Origin: Rebecca billardiae RCC1528
Lineage: Eukaryota > Protista > Haptophyta
Reading direction: 5' to 3'
Length of the DNA stretch: 64,000 bases
Assembly: GCA_965240325.2 (NCBI GenBank)
Contig: OZ251227.1
Location: 558,001-622,000 of the forward strand
Part shown: positions 47,891 through 58,813 of the stretch, piece by piece
Numbering within the stretch: the first letter of the stretch is position 1
Layout: the number at the start of each line of letters is the position of its first letter
The notes under the pieces: model-generated
The model's input: the letters and a program-made list of their open reading frames with translations, nothing else
The model's database searches: none
Told to the model about the DNA's origin: nothing
Program-made: the position numbers and the translations under genes

Positions 47891-48153
47891 CCAGGAGTGC
47901 CGCCGCGGACCGACCGCGCCGCTGACTCAGGACGCCGACGGCGTCACGGCGGCGATGCGGCGCGCCGCCGCGCGGCCGCCGCCGCGCGCGCGCGCCTGAC
48001 GCGCGCGCTGTCGAGCCGCAGTCCCTCGCGTGCCTGCGCTGGCGGGTGACCGGGGTGTTACCATCGCTACGGCCGACAGGCAGCCAAAAATCCCTATAGA
48101 AAACATTTCCCCTATGAAGGTAATATGGGTAGCAGAAACTCGGGTCCATACCC

Positions 48154-49756
48154 TCAGAAACAAGACCGCCTGCTTATGTGGCGCTTGCTGACGCCTGCGT
48201 CTGGCCGAGGCAGCACCTCTGCAGGCACTCCGCCCGGCAACTGTCCTGCCATTGCACTGCCCCTGGTGGCGGCAGTGGTGCCGCTGGGGCGCCCTGCCCC
48301 ACTGCCACTGGGACTGGGGCAGGGCCAAGCACCTGCGCCTGCGAGTTTGCTTACATGCTCTGCTCCTGGGCAGTCCGACCCATGTTGTGCTATGCACCAG
48401 CATCAGCTCACGCGGGTGGGCCCTGCGTGCCTGTCGCCAGCCTGGGCAGGGAGACTCACCCCGTGCAAGCCGGGCCACCTCTGACCAGTAGTTGCGGCGG
48501 GCTGGCACCGCCGCTGCCTCCTCTCGACCGCGCGCAGTGCCAGTGCAGCGCTGCGTGGCAGACAGCTTCACGTCACAGCAATCATCATCACAGACGACCA
48601 CTGCTGTGGCGGGGGGCAAAGCGGGGCGACTGCGCAGTGCCAACAGCAGTAGCCAGACAAGCACCTCAGCCATTACTCCTGCTGCTGCCAGTGCTGGCCG
48701 TGGTCGCACGACGACGGTGAACGTCAGCCACACTGGGGGGGGCAAGGAGGCCAGGCCCAGCCCAGCTGCCAAGCAGCCAGCAGCCGGCATCCGTGTGATC
48801 TGCATCAACACCAGCAGTGCTGCCACCACAGCGTGGGCCAGCCATACGATACTGGCAGCGTGGTCGAAAGCGATGAGGCGAGACGAAGTGCCCACCTCGG
48901 CATTTACCTTCTCCGCCGCCTGGTCGCCAGCGAGCACGGCGGCCGTGGAGGCCATGTCATGCGGCCGCATGCGGCCCGTTTCCTCGGCCATCGCCTCTGC
49001 CGCCCTTCGCATCCTGTCATCTGGGAGAGTAATGACGGCGTTGCCTTTGGCGCAGCGCACGTGCGCGCTCAGCAATCCCGGCTCGGCCGATGCCTGCGCC
49101 CCCGCGTCAGGCGTCTTGGCCCAAGCACCAGCACCGGCCCGCTGCGCGCGCGCCCCGCGGCGCCGTTTACCCAACGGAGTATGTGGCGGGTCGTTCTCCT
49201 CAGCGTCACTCATGTTGGCATCCGCGCCCACACCATCGACGTCGCGCGGCCGCCGAGTCTCCATCTGCCGTCGCAGCAGCGTGTCACGGTGGGCCGCGCT
49301 GGAGCAGCCGCCGTCCTGCTCTGACAAGCCTGCGGGACGGCAAGCCTCGCCGCAAGACTTGCCCAACCGATAGGAACCGTAGGCAGACGAACCGGTGTCA
49401 CCACCATCCGCAAACGCTTCAGTCGCGAGACAATAGTATCTCCCCCATTTTGTAGTGCGTGCATCAGGCTCACGGTTCACCTTGACCGCACCTGGAGGAG
49501 ACCTCACCTGTAATCCAGCACTTCGGCGGTGCACTCGGGACGAATTCCGGGCGCCCACCCGCACCCAACCGTTACCATTCTTACCCGCATCTTCGTCTAG
49601 CACTACCGCTGCAGCCCGAGCGCCGGAGACTAGTAGCGCGGGCAGGGACGCCGGCGTCGAGGGTAGCGGTCGGGCGCTCTTGGGCCCTCGGGCCAGCCCC
49701 GGGCCCACCTGCATCACAGGCCACCTGCCTCCCTGTTGTCTGCCCCGGACTAGCAC
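48154..49756 (-). CDS. LINE polyprotein, N-terminal part displaced by the insertion (hydrophobic leader)
   Basis: ..KQAVLFL joins ITMLMHVPP.. in frame once the element and one TSD are removed. Confidence 0.75.
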
Positions 49757-50318
49757 CTACAACGCTGCCACTGCGCACCCAGTGCAGCTGATGTGTAGGC
49801 GCGCGCATGGGCAGCGCAGAGCAGTCGTCCCTGCCAGCGGTGCCATGCCCATGGTGCCGCACAGGGGCTGGAGAGTCGGGCGGTACACCTTTTAAGCCGG
49901 TGAGGGCTACACGTTTAAGGCCAGTGTAGGCCGGCATGGGGCCCTTTCGGGCGGCTGGGTGGGCATTACGCAGGCTCAGCGGGCTGAGCCTGCAACCCAT
50001 GGACTGGATGGACTCGTCGAGCACGTTCGTGGGCCTGGCCGAGGGCTGCCGTCTCGCCAGCACGGGCGCCGCCTGCGCGTTGGGGCACGGCTGCGCGCTG
50101 GAAGGAGCATGTTGAGGGCCAGACTGTACTCCACGGCGCTGCCGGCCCTGCCTCGTGCCGTCTGCGAGCCGTGGGGTCTTGTCAAAGTCAAGGTCGTCGA
50201 AACGCGTCGGCCGCGTGCGCATTGTCGATGTGCTCTGCGCAGTGGCGAGCGCGGCTGGTTGAGCGAGCGGCTCGGGGAGGAGAAAGGGTGGGCAGACAGG
50301 GTCTCCCCACTCCGTCAT
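49581..50318 (-). CDS. Possible upstream ORF of the LINE
   Basis: 245-aa ORF overlapping the start of the long ORF; no motif recognised. Confidence 0.25.
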   Translation of the reverse strand: MTEWGDPVCPPFLLPEPLAQPAALATAQSTSTMRTRPTRFDDLDFDKTPRLADGTRQGRQRRGVQSGPQHAPSSAQPCPNAQAAPVLARRQPSARPTNVLDESIQSMGCRLSPLSLRNAHPAARKGPMPAYTGLKRVALTGLKGVPPDSPAPVRHHGHGTAGRDDCSALPMRAPTHQLHWVRSGSVVGASPGQTTGRQVACDAGGPGAGPRAQERPTATLDAGVPARATSLRRSGCSGSARRRCG

Positions 50319-50666
50319 GCGTGACCGCGCAGGCTGCGGGGGTCGTGCCTACGCACGCGGCGCCGCCGCCTCGCGCCCGCGGGGGCAGGGGGCGGCCATC
50401 AACCACATGGGTACAGATAGATAGATGATGAGAGCTATTAAATTTAAATATAGCAGTCGTCATTCACTCATCACAGCGTCTGCCGTCCGCTGTCTCACTC
50501 ATTATGTCTCTCATTGCCTGATCTGAGCCTGATGTAGTTACTGCTCGCCGGCTGAGTACGCGACTCCTCCCGTAAGAGTCTAAGACCTAAGCTGAAGAGT
50601 AGTATTGAAGAGCCTTGAACAGTCTAAGCAGTCGTCATACTTTCAATAAGTACTTGATGAATCGTA

Positions 50667-50808
<142 letters not shown>

Positions 50809-50821
50809 CAATAATAATTCG

Positions 50822-51949
50822 TCAGTCACACTCATCACAGCAAGCTGATCGCTTTGACACGCTAGCCGATGAGGTCTGAAGTGGTGTGGATGGGCCCGGG
50901 ATGTCGTGCTGCGTGCTCGACAGCTCAAAGCAAGCGTCAACGCGGGAGCCAAAGGGTAGGGACAGCCTGCACTGCAGGCTGGAGCGCCGTGCAAACTCGC
51001 TGCCGGGCGTCGACGGCGTGTGCAGGTCGATGAGCGGCGCTCCCACCACCACCGGCGAAGCTGGCGTTGAGCGCCCCAGCGGCTCTGGAACGCTCGGCGT
51101 GTCTGGCCGTCGCATGCCCCCGCCCGGGGTGGGAGAGCGCAAGGTGGTTGGGGGCTTCCCCACCCGCGCAGTCGCCGGCGTTCCGACAGCCGAGCTCATC
51201 GGAGTGCGCAGGGGTGTCCCCACCTCCGCGTGGGCGAGCGGGCGCGCGGGCGTGCCCGGCACGTGCGGCCGCGCATACGCGAGAGGAGGGACCTGCGCCA
51301 CGGCGCCGCCGCGATGAGCCTCCAGTGCGCAGCGCAGGGCCCTCATCGGGCCCCAGCAGGGCATGTAGCCAAGGAGCCAGCTGGCAGTGGCCAAAGCGAT
51401 CGAGAGCGCCGTACCCACCAGCGCCCCCAGCAGCTCGCTGAGCGAAGCCGTGGCTGGTGGGGCGGCTGGACGGCGCGGGCCGGCGACGCCGCTCGCCCGA
51501 CGAGCAGCCACCTCGTCGAGAGCCTCCTGCAGCAGCGTGTACTGCAGCGAGTCGCGCACCGGGCCGGCGGGCCATGCTGTGTCCAGCTCGTGCTCGACCA
51601 GCCCGAGGGCGGCGCTCATGCGCTCGACGTCGCGCTCGGCACAGAGTCGGCCGGAGGCGCTCACGCGCTTGCCCAGGCTTTCGAGGCGTGCGAGCATCGC
51701 GCTGACGTGCTCGGGCTGCCGCGGCGTGAGGCACCCGGCGGCCAAATCGGCGCGCCACTTGGAGAAGGCGCGATGCAGCCGGCAGCGCATCATATGCTCC
51801 GCGCGGCATTGCTCCCAGATCTCCTCGACTGTGATAGCCTCCAGCAGCTGGTCAGGCGCAGACGAGGTCGACGCACTAGTTGGTGACGTCAGCACGTGCG
51901 CGGGCTGCCTGCACACGAAATCCGAGTAGGGCGGCGACAAGTCGGCCAT
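50822..51949 (-). CDS. Hypothetical protein (helical N-half, one hydrophobic segment, TP-rich tail)
   Basis: Long ORF, divergent partner of 52105. Confidence 0.55.
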   Translation of the reverse strand: MADLSPPYSDFVCRQPAHVLTSPTSASTSSAPDQLLEAITVEEIWEQCRAEHMMRCRLHRAFSKWRADLAAGCLTPRQPEHVSAMLARLESLGKRVSASGRLCAERDVERMSAALGLVEHELDTAWPAGPVRDSLQYTLLQEALDEVAARRASGVAGPRRPAAPPATASLSELLGALVGTALSIALATASWLLGYMPCWGPMRALRCALEAHRGGAVAQVPPLAYARPHVPGTPARPLAHAEVGTPLRTPMSSAVGTPATARVGKPPTTLRSPTPGGGMRRPDTPSVPEPLGRSTPASPVVVGAPLIDLHTPSTPGSEFARRSSLQCRLSLPFGSRVDACFELSSTQHDIPGPSTPLQTSSASVSKRSACCDECD

Positions 51950-52104
51950 GGCGAGAGCGCGCGTGCGTGGTTTTCGCTGGTCCGCGCCCGTCTGCGTCTT
52001 GCCGCGCGCGCGCGCCGTTTCGGACTTTCGGTCGAGATGCAAGGTGAGAGCAGGAAAGTTCGTCCGGCGGTTGTGACAAGGGCCCACCTAACCTAGGCCA
52101 AGCG

Positions 52105-52878
52105 ATGGCGGACACGAAGTTTCCGCGTGTCATGTCGCTACCGGTCGATTTGCGCCCGCGCGTGCAGCCTGATATACGCTGCGCAGTGCCGGTCCTCGTG
52201 CGACAGCAGCATCTCTTCAAGTTGATCGAGCACCTCCTCGCGGCGAACGCGGCCGCGTCGACGTGCGCAGACGTCACTGAGCTCGTGCAGCGCGCCGTGG
52301 CAGAGGAGCGTGCGCTGGCCAAGGCTTCGAAGACAAAGGTGGTGTACACGACCACGATCAATTCACGCCTGCGCAAAATCCGCCGCGATGGCATCACACC
52401 ACCCGAACGCCCAGCAGCCACCAACGCCGAAGCACACGCGGTGGACACTGACCAGTCGCGCAAAGTGCCGGCCAGCTGCCCTGGTGATGCCGACGCATCG
52501 CTGCCGGCGAGTCGCGCCGAAGATGACGGGAGAACATGCCATACAGAACATGCCTCAACACGCCAGCCAACCTCGCCTCCAGCTAGCGAGCAGCCTCGCG
52601 AGCATCTCCCGCCACAGGGGGCCATCTCGTCGCCACCGCCAGAGGCGCGCGCACTCCCTCTGGCTTCAGCACCCGCATCGTCTTCTGCCCCGCTGGACGA
52701 GACAGGCACGTCGCCGGTATCAGCGGCAGCGCCCGTGGCGATGGCACCTGCTTCATCAGCCATCCTGCCTACCGCTCTGTGCCCCGTCTGCGGGGAGCCA
52801 ACCAGCCGGGATGTGGACTCGTGGCTGGAGGGCACTTGGTGGCATCCCGTGTGCATCGTGGACGCAGCAGCAAGCTGA
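52105..52878 (+). CDS. Protein with a REXO1-like helical domain and C-terminal CxxC..HxxC knuckle, no nuclease domain
   Basis: RP....VP..VRQ..L...IE..A..EE......K..Y.....LRKIR resembles the pre-nuclease region of REXO1; CPVC..WHPVC. Confidence 0.55.
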   Translation: MADTKFPRVMSLPVDLRPRVQPDIRCAVPVLVRQQHLFKLIEHLLAANAAASTCADVTELVQRAVAEERALAKASKTKVVYTTTINSRLRKIRRDGITPPERPAATNAEAHAVDTDQSRKVPASCPGDADASLPASRAEDDGRTCHTEHASTRQPTSPPASEQPREHLPPQGAISSPPPEARALPLASAPASSSAPLDETGTSPVSAAAPVAMAPASSAILPTALCPVCGEPTSRDVDSWLEGTWWHPVCIVDAAAS

Positions 52879-53325
52879 AGAGTGAAGCTGATGATAAGCT
52901 AGGCTTTAGAGTTTAGTCTCAGAGTCAGCCGCACTCGCGGTCGCCCGCAGGCGCAGCGCAGCGTCGGTGGCGGATCCATCGTCAGCAGACTACGCCGCGA
53001 CGAGATCTCAGCATTGCGCAGTGTCAGCAGAGCTGAATCTTCAGTATTATATTTATAATATATATATATATAATTAGTTAGACCTGACTACTCATCACCT
53101 GAGTCGATGGCCACGCGCTGACGCGCGCGGCTCGGTTCACTCGGTTGGCAGCGTTGCGGATCGTCCGGCTGCATAGTGCGCAGTACATACTGCATAAAAT
53201 ACTTATATATTAATAATAAACTATATTATTTAATATATTAGAGTACAGTCGTAAGTTGCAGCTACTGACACTGCGTTCATGATTTGGCAGAGGACCTCCA
53301 CTCTCCAGAGCCCGGCGGAATGATG

Positions 53326-55116
53326 TCATTCGTCGCTTGTTGCCAAGCTGCTCGCTGGCCAGTACACCGCGCTCAGCCGCGACGCCTCCGCGCGCACCTC
53401 TTCGAGCGTCGACAGCTTGGGGTCGAGGAGAAGGAAGTGCTCGTGCGGGCCGATGCGGCGGCCCACTAGCCAGCCCTCGGCCGCACGCACGCACACCTCC
53501 TCCTCTTCGCTCGGCGCGGCGCAACCCGTCCGGCCAGCGCCGCCGGCCGTGTTGCGCGAGAGGTGCGCGTGCGTGTGCTGCAGCAGTGTGCGCAGAGGGC
53601 GGGAGAGCGAGGGCGTGGGCCCGAGGAGCCCCGGCGAGCAGCGCAGGCTATGCGTCACGCTCTCGAGCGAGATGAACGGCGGCGTGTGCGCCGCGTCCGC
53701 CTGCGCCGCCGCCAGCCTGCCCGCCTGCTCGACGAGCGCGCGCTCGAGAGGCTTGAGCGTCTCGGCCGCCGCCTCGGCCGCGCCGCGGTACCACGCAGGG
53801 TCTTGCCAGCTCGGGTCTGCCTCGTCGAGAAGGAGAGCGAGCGTGAGCTGGCGCAGCCGGTAGACGACGAGCCGCGCGTTCGTCCGAGAGCCACGCGAGG
53901 AGTCCGCGCCCACGTGAGCCCCCACGCCGCTGTGAGCATCGGCTGCGCCATCGGCCGCCGCCACCGCGGGCTCTGTGTCGCAGAGCTGCACGCGCGGCGC
54001 CGCGACGGTGGGCCGCGCGGCCGCCTCCTCGGCTGAGCCGGGAGGCAGCCCGACGACGAAGCGGCCAGTGCAGTGCGGCTCGGCGGCGAGGATGCCGACG
54101 AGCTGCGTGCAAAGCGCCTCAAGCCCCGCACCGCCGACCTCCTCCGCGCCGGGGCTGACGGCGCCGTCCGCGCTGTCCGTCCCGCCACTGCCGCCAGCGC
54201 CGCTCCCGGCGGCAGCGGCGCCGCCAGCGTCGGACGCGCCACCGAGTGCGCTCGCGCCGTTCGGCGTGTGCGGTGAGGGCGAGGCGGTCGGCGCGCGTCC
54301 GAGCGCGCCACCGAGCGCGCGCCCGCCACCGACTCGGCGGCTCGGCGCGCTCGTCACGCGGGCCGTCGACGCGCGCGCGAGCAGCGAGAGCAGCGCGCAC
54401 AGCGTGTGCGCATCCGCCGCGCCCAGCCGCGCGGTGGCGACCGCGCGCTCAGAGAGCAGCATGGCCGCGCCGCGCACGGGCGGGAGGAGGGCGTCGAGCT
54501 CGGCCATCGCGGCGTGCGCGCTGAGGTGCAGCGCAGGGGGCAGTGCGAGGAAGCTCAGCGCGCAGAACGCGTCCACCAGCGCCCCGGACTCGACGGAGAA
54601 GGCGGAGGCGTGCGCCTCGAGCAGCGCGCAGAGCGGCGGCAGCGCGGTGCACACCGCTTCGCGCAGCGCGCGCGCGGGCGGCGCGGCGTCGAGGCTGCCA
54701 ACGAAGAGGCGTAGGGTGGCGCAGGTGAGTGCCAGGCGCTCGCGAAGTAGCCCGTCGGGCAAGTCCTCCTCCCGTGCCTCTGCCTCGCCCCCGCGCGAGC
54801 GTGCGCGCTTTGCATGCCGCGTCACCAGGCACGCCCACGTGCCCGAGCCCTCCTCAGCCTCGACGAGGGTGTACCGGTGCAGATGCGTGTGCACTGCGTG
54901 GCACGGCTGCGCCGCGAACGTGCGCGCGAAGTCGAGCATTCCCTCGCACAGGCCCACCACCGCCAGCTGCCGCTCGAGCGCGACGCCTTCCGGAAAGCAG
55001 CACACCACCTTCCTCTCAGCGTCCTCCTCGCCGCCCAGGTCGCGGCGGAAGACGACGAGGCAGTCGAGCTCCGACGGGGTGGCAGCAGGCGGCGGGCTCA
55101 GGAGCGAGAGCAGCAT
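53326..55116 (-). CDS. CCZ1: Vacuolar fusion protein Ccz1 (Mon1-Ccz1 GEF subunit)
   Basis: KVVCCFP..VGLCEGMLDFARTF..HT..EAEEG..W (first longin domain); C-terminal EVCVR..GWLVGRR..L.EV. Confidence 0.85.
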   Translation of the reverse strand: MLLSLLSPPPAATPSELDCLVVFRRDLGGEEDAERKVVCCFPEGVALERQLAVVGLCEGMLDFARTFAAQPCHAVHTHLHRYTLVEAEEGSGTWACLVTRHAKRARSRGGEAEAREEDLPDGLLRERLALTCATLRLFVGSLDAAPPARALREAVCTALPPLCALLEAHASAFSVESGALVDAFCALSFLALPPALHLSAHAAMAELDALLPPVRGAAMLLSERAVATARLGAADAHTLCALLSLLARASTARVTSAPSRRVGGGRALGGALGRAPTASPSPHTPNGASALGGASDAGGAAAAGSGAGGSGGTDSADGAVSPGAEEVGGAGLEALCTQLVGILAAEPHCTGRFVVGLPPGSAEEAAARPTVAAPRVQLCDTEPAVAAADGAADAHSGVGAHVGADSSRGSRTNARLVVYRLRQLTLALLLDEADPSWQDPAWYRGAAEAAAETLKPLERALVEQAGRLAAAQADAAHTPPFISLESVTHSLRCSPGLLGPTPSLSRPLRTLLQHTHAHLSRNTAGGAGRTGCAAPSEEEEVCVRAAEGWLVGRRIGPHEHFLLLDPKLSTLEEVRAEASRLSAVYWPASSLATSDE

Positions 55117-55303
55117 GGCCGGGCGCCGGACGAGCCCTCGCACGTGTACTTTGAGCCGCTTGGCACTCACCGCGGATCGCGTGTCGTCGCTCCCTCCATC
55201 CTGGGCGCCGTTCCGGGTGGACTTGAACCGCGCGGGCCGGAGCCACCGCATCTGATCCCGCTACACAGCGGAAAGCGCGTTGCTGCTCGTCGAGCGCACG
55301 ACG

Positions 55304-56065
55304 ATGCGCGCCAATGCGCTCCTGCTGCTGGCCTGGGCGGCAGGCGCGAGCGCGTCTTGCGGGCGCGCGCCAAAGTGCTCGTGCTGTGAGCTGCACCAGC
55401 GCATGTCGAGCGAGCCGGGAGGCAGGGCCCTGCAGCGCGTGCAGATGGTCGGCATCGATGCGGCATACCTCAAGCTCAAAATGGCGTGCGCGATGTGGGT
55501 GCAGCAGAACCAGGGGTTCGAGCAGTACATGTGCCACATCTCGGACGGTCCGCCAGGGATGTACCGCGGTGCTGTCTACGCTGGCACTTCGCTCACGGTC
55601 GACATGGCCCCGGCGAACCAGTGCCGATCGGGCGCGATGGGCAGCGGCGCGAGAATGAAAACGAATGTTGTGTATGACTGTCGGGTGGACCCACCGCCAC
55701 CACCCCCGCCGTCGCCGTCGCCGCCGTCGCCGCTTCCATCAGCGAATCTGACGACGGCGGGCGCCAGATCTCACCTCGGCGCGGAGCGCGAGGCAGGCTC
55801 TCGCGGCGGGGCAGGGCAGCACATGGCTAAGAGCACATCCCGAGGGCTGATCACGATGCTGCTTGCGCTGGTCATCTGCCCGCTGCTCGCCGGCGCCGTC
55901 TCCGTGTACCTGCTGATGGGCGGCAACGAGCGTGATCTACCCCAACTACTGGCGCACACATTCCCCTCCGTCTCGCGCAAGTCTTTGCCAACGGAAGAGC
56001 ACGACTCCTCTGACGGTGACATGGCCGACGAGGGCGCTGGTCTGGTGTCGAGTGCGAACAAATAG
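55304..56065 (+). CDS. Type I membrane protein (signal peptide, Cys-containing ectodomain, Pro-rich stalk, TM)
   Basis: MRANALLLLAWAAGASA; PPPPPPPSPSPPSP; TM LITMLLALVICPLLAGAVSVYLL. Confidence 0.65.
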   Translation: MRANALLLLAWAAGASASCGRAPKCSCCELHQRMSSEPGGRALQRVQMVGIDAAYLKLKMACAMWVQQNQGFEQYMCHISDGPPGMYRGAVYAGTSLTVDMAPANQCRSGAMGSGARMKTNVVYDCRVDPPPPPPPSPSPPSPLPSANLTTAGARSHLGAEREAGSRGGAGQHMAKSTSRGLITMLLALVICPLLAGAVSVYLLMGGNERDLPQLLAHTFPSVSRKSLPTEEHDSSDGDMADEGAGLVSSANK

Positions 56066-56882
56066 GCTGCTTCACACCGGGACGATCCTCTCCCCAGTCC
56101 TGCCTGGCGCAAGGGCTTTGATCGGTCTGCTTTCCCACGCACTCGGGGTGATGCGCCTGGGTCGCGAGTGGGTGAATGGTTTTTGACAAGGACTCGAGCG
56201 AGCGCGGAGCGACGCGCCGCCGTGGACTACTGCCTCCTGGGCGTGGCCCATGGCATGCCGCATGCCAGACCGTGCGGGCCGACTGTTGCGGCACCTCAGC
56301 CCACGCGGCCAGCACGGTGGCGTGCAGCCGTCACGCCCCGGGGCGAAGTCCACCGGTGGTGGCGACCGTCCGATGGCTGCTGCCACGCAGGGTCGGCCCC
56401 CGGTCCCGAGGCGCCGCGCCCGCGGAATCATCGTCGGCTTTATGTTCAGTACTGACGGACCTGAGTCCTGACGATGATCCGTGATGACCGTTGATCGTCA
56501 CTGGGCGCGATCTGCGGCTGAGACTGAGGCTACTAAGTTCGTCGTCTTTCAAGAACTAATAAGTCGACTGCTCGCGCAATGACATGATGATGTGATAACT
56601 TGACACTTTGATGTCAACTCACCGGGTATGGACCCGAGTTTCTGCTACCCATATTACCTTCATAGGGGAAATGTTTTCTATAGGGATTTTTGGCCCTGTC
56701 GGCCGTAGCGATGGTAACACCCCGGTCACCCGCCCGCGCAGGCACGCGAGGGACTGCGGCTCGACAGCGCGCGCGTCAGGCGCGCGCGCGCGGCGGCGGC
56801 CGCGCGGCGGCGCGCCGCATCGCCGCCGTGACGCCGTCGGCGTCCTGAGTCAGCGGCGTGGTCGGTCCGCGGCGGCACTCCT

Positions 56883-58284
56883 GGGCCGGCGGGCCCGGGC
56901 CTCGCGGCCCGGGAGGAGGCCCCCTGTAACAGCTGTAACACCGTAACACGTAACAAGTCCGGCTCGTCCCGGAGTCCGGGGCTGCCGGCGGGCCGGCCGC
57001 GCCGGGCCCGGGAGGAGGCCCCCTGTAACAGCTGTAACACCGTAACACGTAACAAGTCCGGCGCGTCCGGGTCCGGGGCTGCCGGCGGGCCCGGGCCTCG
57101 CGGCCCGGGAGGAGGCCCCCTGTAACAGCTGTAACACCTGTAACACGTAACAAGTCCGGCTCGTCCCGGAGTCCGGGGCTGCCGGCGGGCCGGCCGCGCC
57201 GGGCCCGGGAGGAGGCCCCCTGTAACAGCTGTAACACCTGTAACACGTAACAAGTCCGGCGCGTCCGGGTCCGGGGCTGCCGGCGGGCCCGGGCCTCGCG
57301 GCCCGGGAGGAGGCCCCCTGTAACAGCTGTAACACCTGTAACACGTAACAAGTCCGGCTCGTCCCGGAGTCCGGGGCTGCCGGCGGGCCGGCCGCGCCGG
57401 GCCCGGGAGGAGGCCCCCTGTAACAGCTGTAACACCTGTAACACGTAACAAGTCCGGCGCGTCCGGGTCCGGGGCTGCCGGCGGGCCCGGGCCTCGCGGC
57501 CCGGGAGGAGGCCCCCTGTAACAGCTGTAACACCTGTAACACGTAACAAGTCCGGCTCGTCCCGGAGTCCGGGGCTGCCGGCGGGCCGGCCGCGCCGGGC
57601 CCGGGAGGAGGCCCCCTGTAACAGCTGTAACACCTGTAACACGTAACAAGTCCGGCGCGTCCGGGTCCGGGGCTGCCGGCGGGCCCGGGCCTCGCGGCCC
57701 GGGAGGAGGCCCCCTGTAACAGCTGTAACACCTGTAACACGTAACAAGTCCGGCTCGTCCCGGAGTCCGGGGCTGCCGGCGGGCCGGCCGCGCCGGGCCC
57801 GGGAGGAGGCCCCCTTAGTAACAGCTGTAACACCTGTAACACGTAACAAGTCCGGCGCGTCCGGGTCCGGGGCTGCCGGCGGGCCCGGGCCTCGCGGCCC
57901 GGGAGGAGGCCCCCTGTAACAGCTGTAACACCGTAACACGTAACACTAACAAGTCCGGCTCGTCCGAGTCCGGGGCTGCCGGCGGGCCCGGGCCGCGCTG
58001 CCGGGCCCGCGGGAGGAGGCCCCCTGTAACAGACAGCTGTAACACCGTAACATTCGACGTAACAAGTCCGGCGCGGCGAGTCCGGGAGCCGGCCGGGCCG
58101 GGGCCGGGGCGGGCGGGCCGCCGGGCCCGGGAGGAGGCCCCCTGTAACAGCTGTAACACCGTAACACGTAACAAGTCCGGCGCGGCGAGTCCGGGAGCCG
58201 ACCGGTCCAGGTCCGGGGCGGGCGGGCCGCCGGGCCCGGGAGGAGGCCCCCTGTTACAGCTGTAACACCGTAACACGTAACACA
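56883..58284 (-). repeat. GTAAC tandem array of copy 2 (~14 units)
   Basis: Same unit as 46661-47890, reverse strand. Confidence 0.92.
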
Positions 58285-58813
58285 ATGGCGCCGCTCGGCC
58301 ATGGCCCGTCGTCGGCCCGGTGAAAAAATGGCGGCGGGGCGCGCGGCGCGCAGCGTCGCGCTCGGTGCGCTCGGCGGGGCTCGAGGAACGCCCGCGGACG
58401 GGCGAGCGCGCACGGGCGCGAGCACGAGTCGCGTCGCCCGCGCCCCTCCCCGAGCGACCTGCCGCCGCGTCTCGCGACGATGGCGGTGTGGACGCTCGTC
58501 CGTGGCCGCGTGAAAAAATGGCGGCGGGGCGCGCGGCGCGCAGCGTCGCGCTCGGTGCGCTCGGCGGGGCTCGAGGAGCGCACGCGGACGGGCGAGCGCG
58601 CACGGGCGCGAGCACCGCGGCGGTTCGCGTGGCGTCGCGCTGCACCGACCCCGGCGCGAGCGCCGAGTCCTTGTTTGCACGCCGCCTCGTTTGCCGAGCC
58701 CGTCGGCCGACGGCGCGAGGTGGGCGCGGCGGCGGCGGCGGCGGCGGCGGGGCGGCGGCGGCGGCGACGGCGGCGGCGTGCGGGCGCATGCGCGCTGCAC
58801 GGCCGCCGCGTCG

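Larger units (their letters stand above)
44179..48153 (+). mobile_element. 3975-bp TIR element carrying a PrimPol-like primase, copy 1
   Basis: 8-bp TSD TCAGAAAC (44171-78 and 48154-61); termini GACCAAGGACCCCAGTTTCT..AGAAACTCGGGTCCATACCC; second copy at 56624-60754. Confidence 0.93.
36180..50400 (-). mobile_element. Giant non-LTR retrotransposon (LINE) interrupted by the primase element; ends approximate
   Basis: APE-RT-RNH-CCHC-OTU polyprotein; composition differs from host genes (more CAG/CTG, fewer CGCG runs) on both sides of the insertion. Confidence 0.85.
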
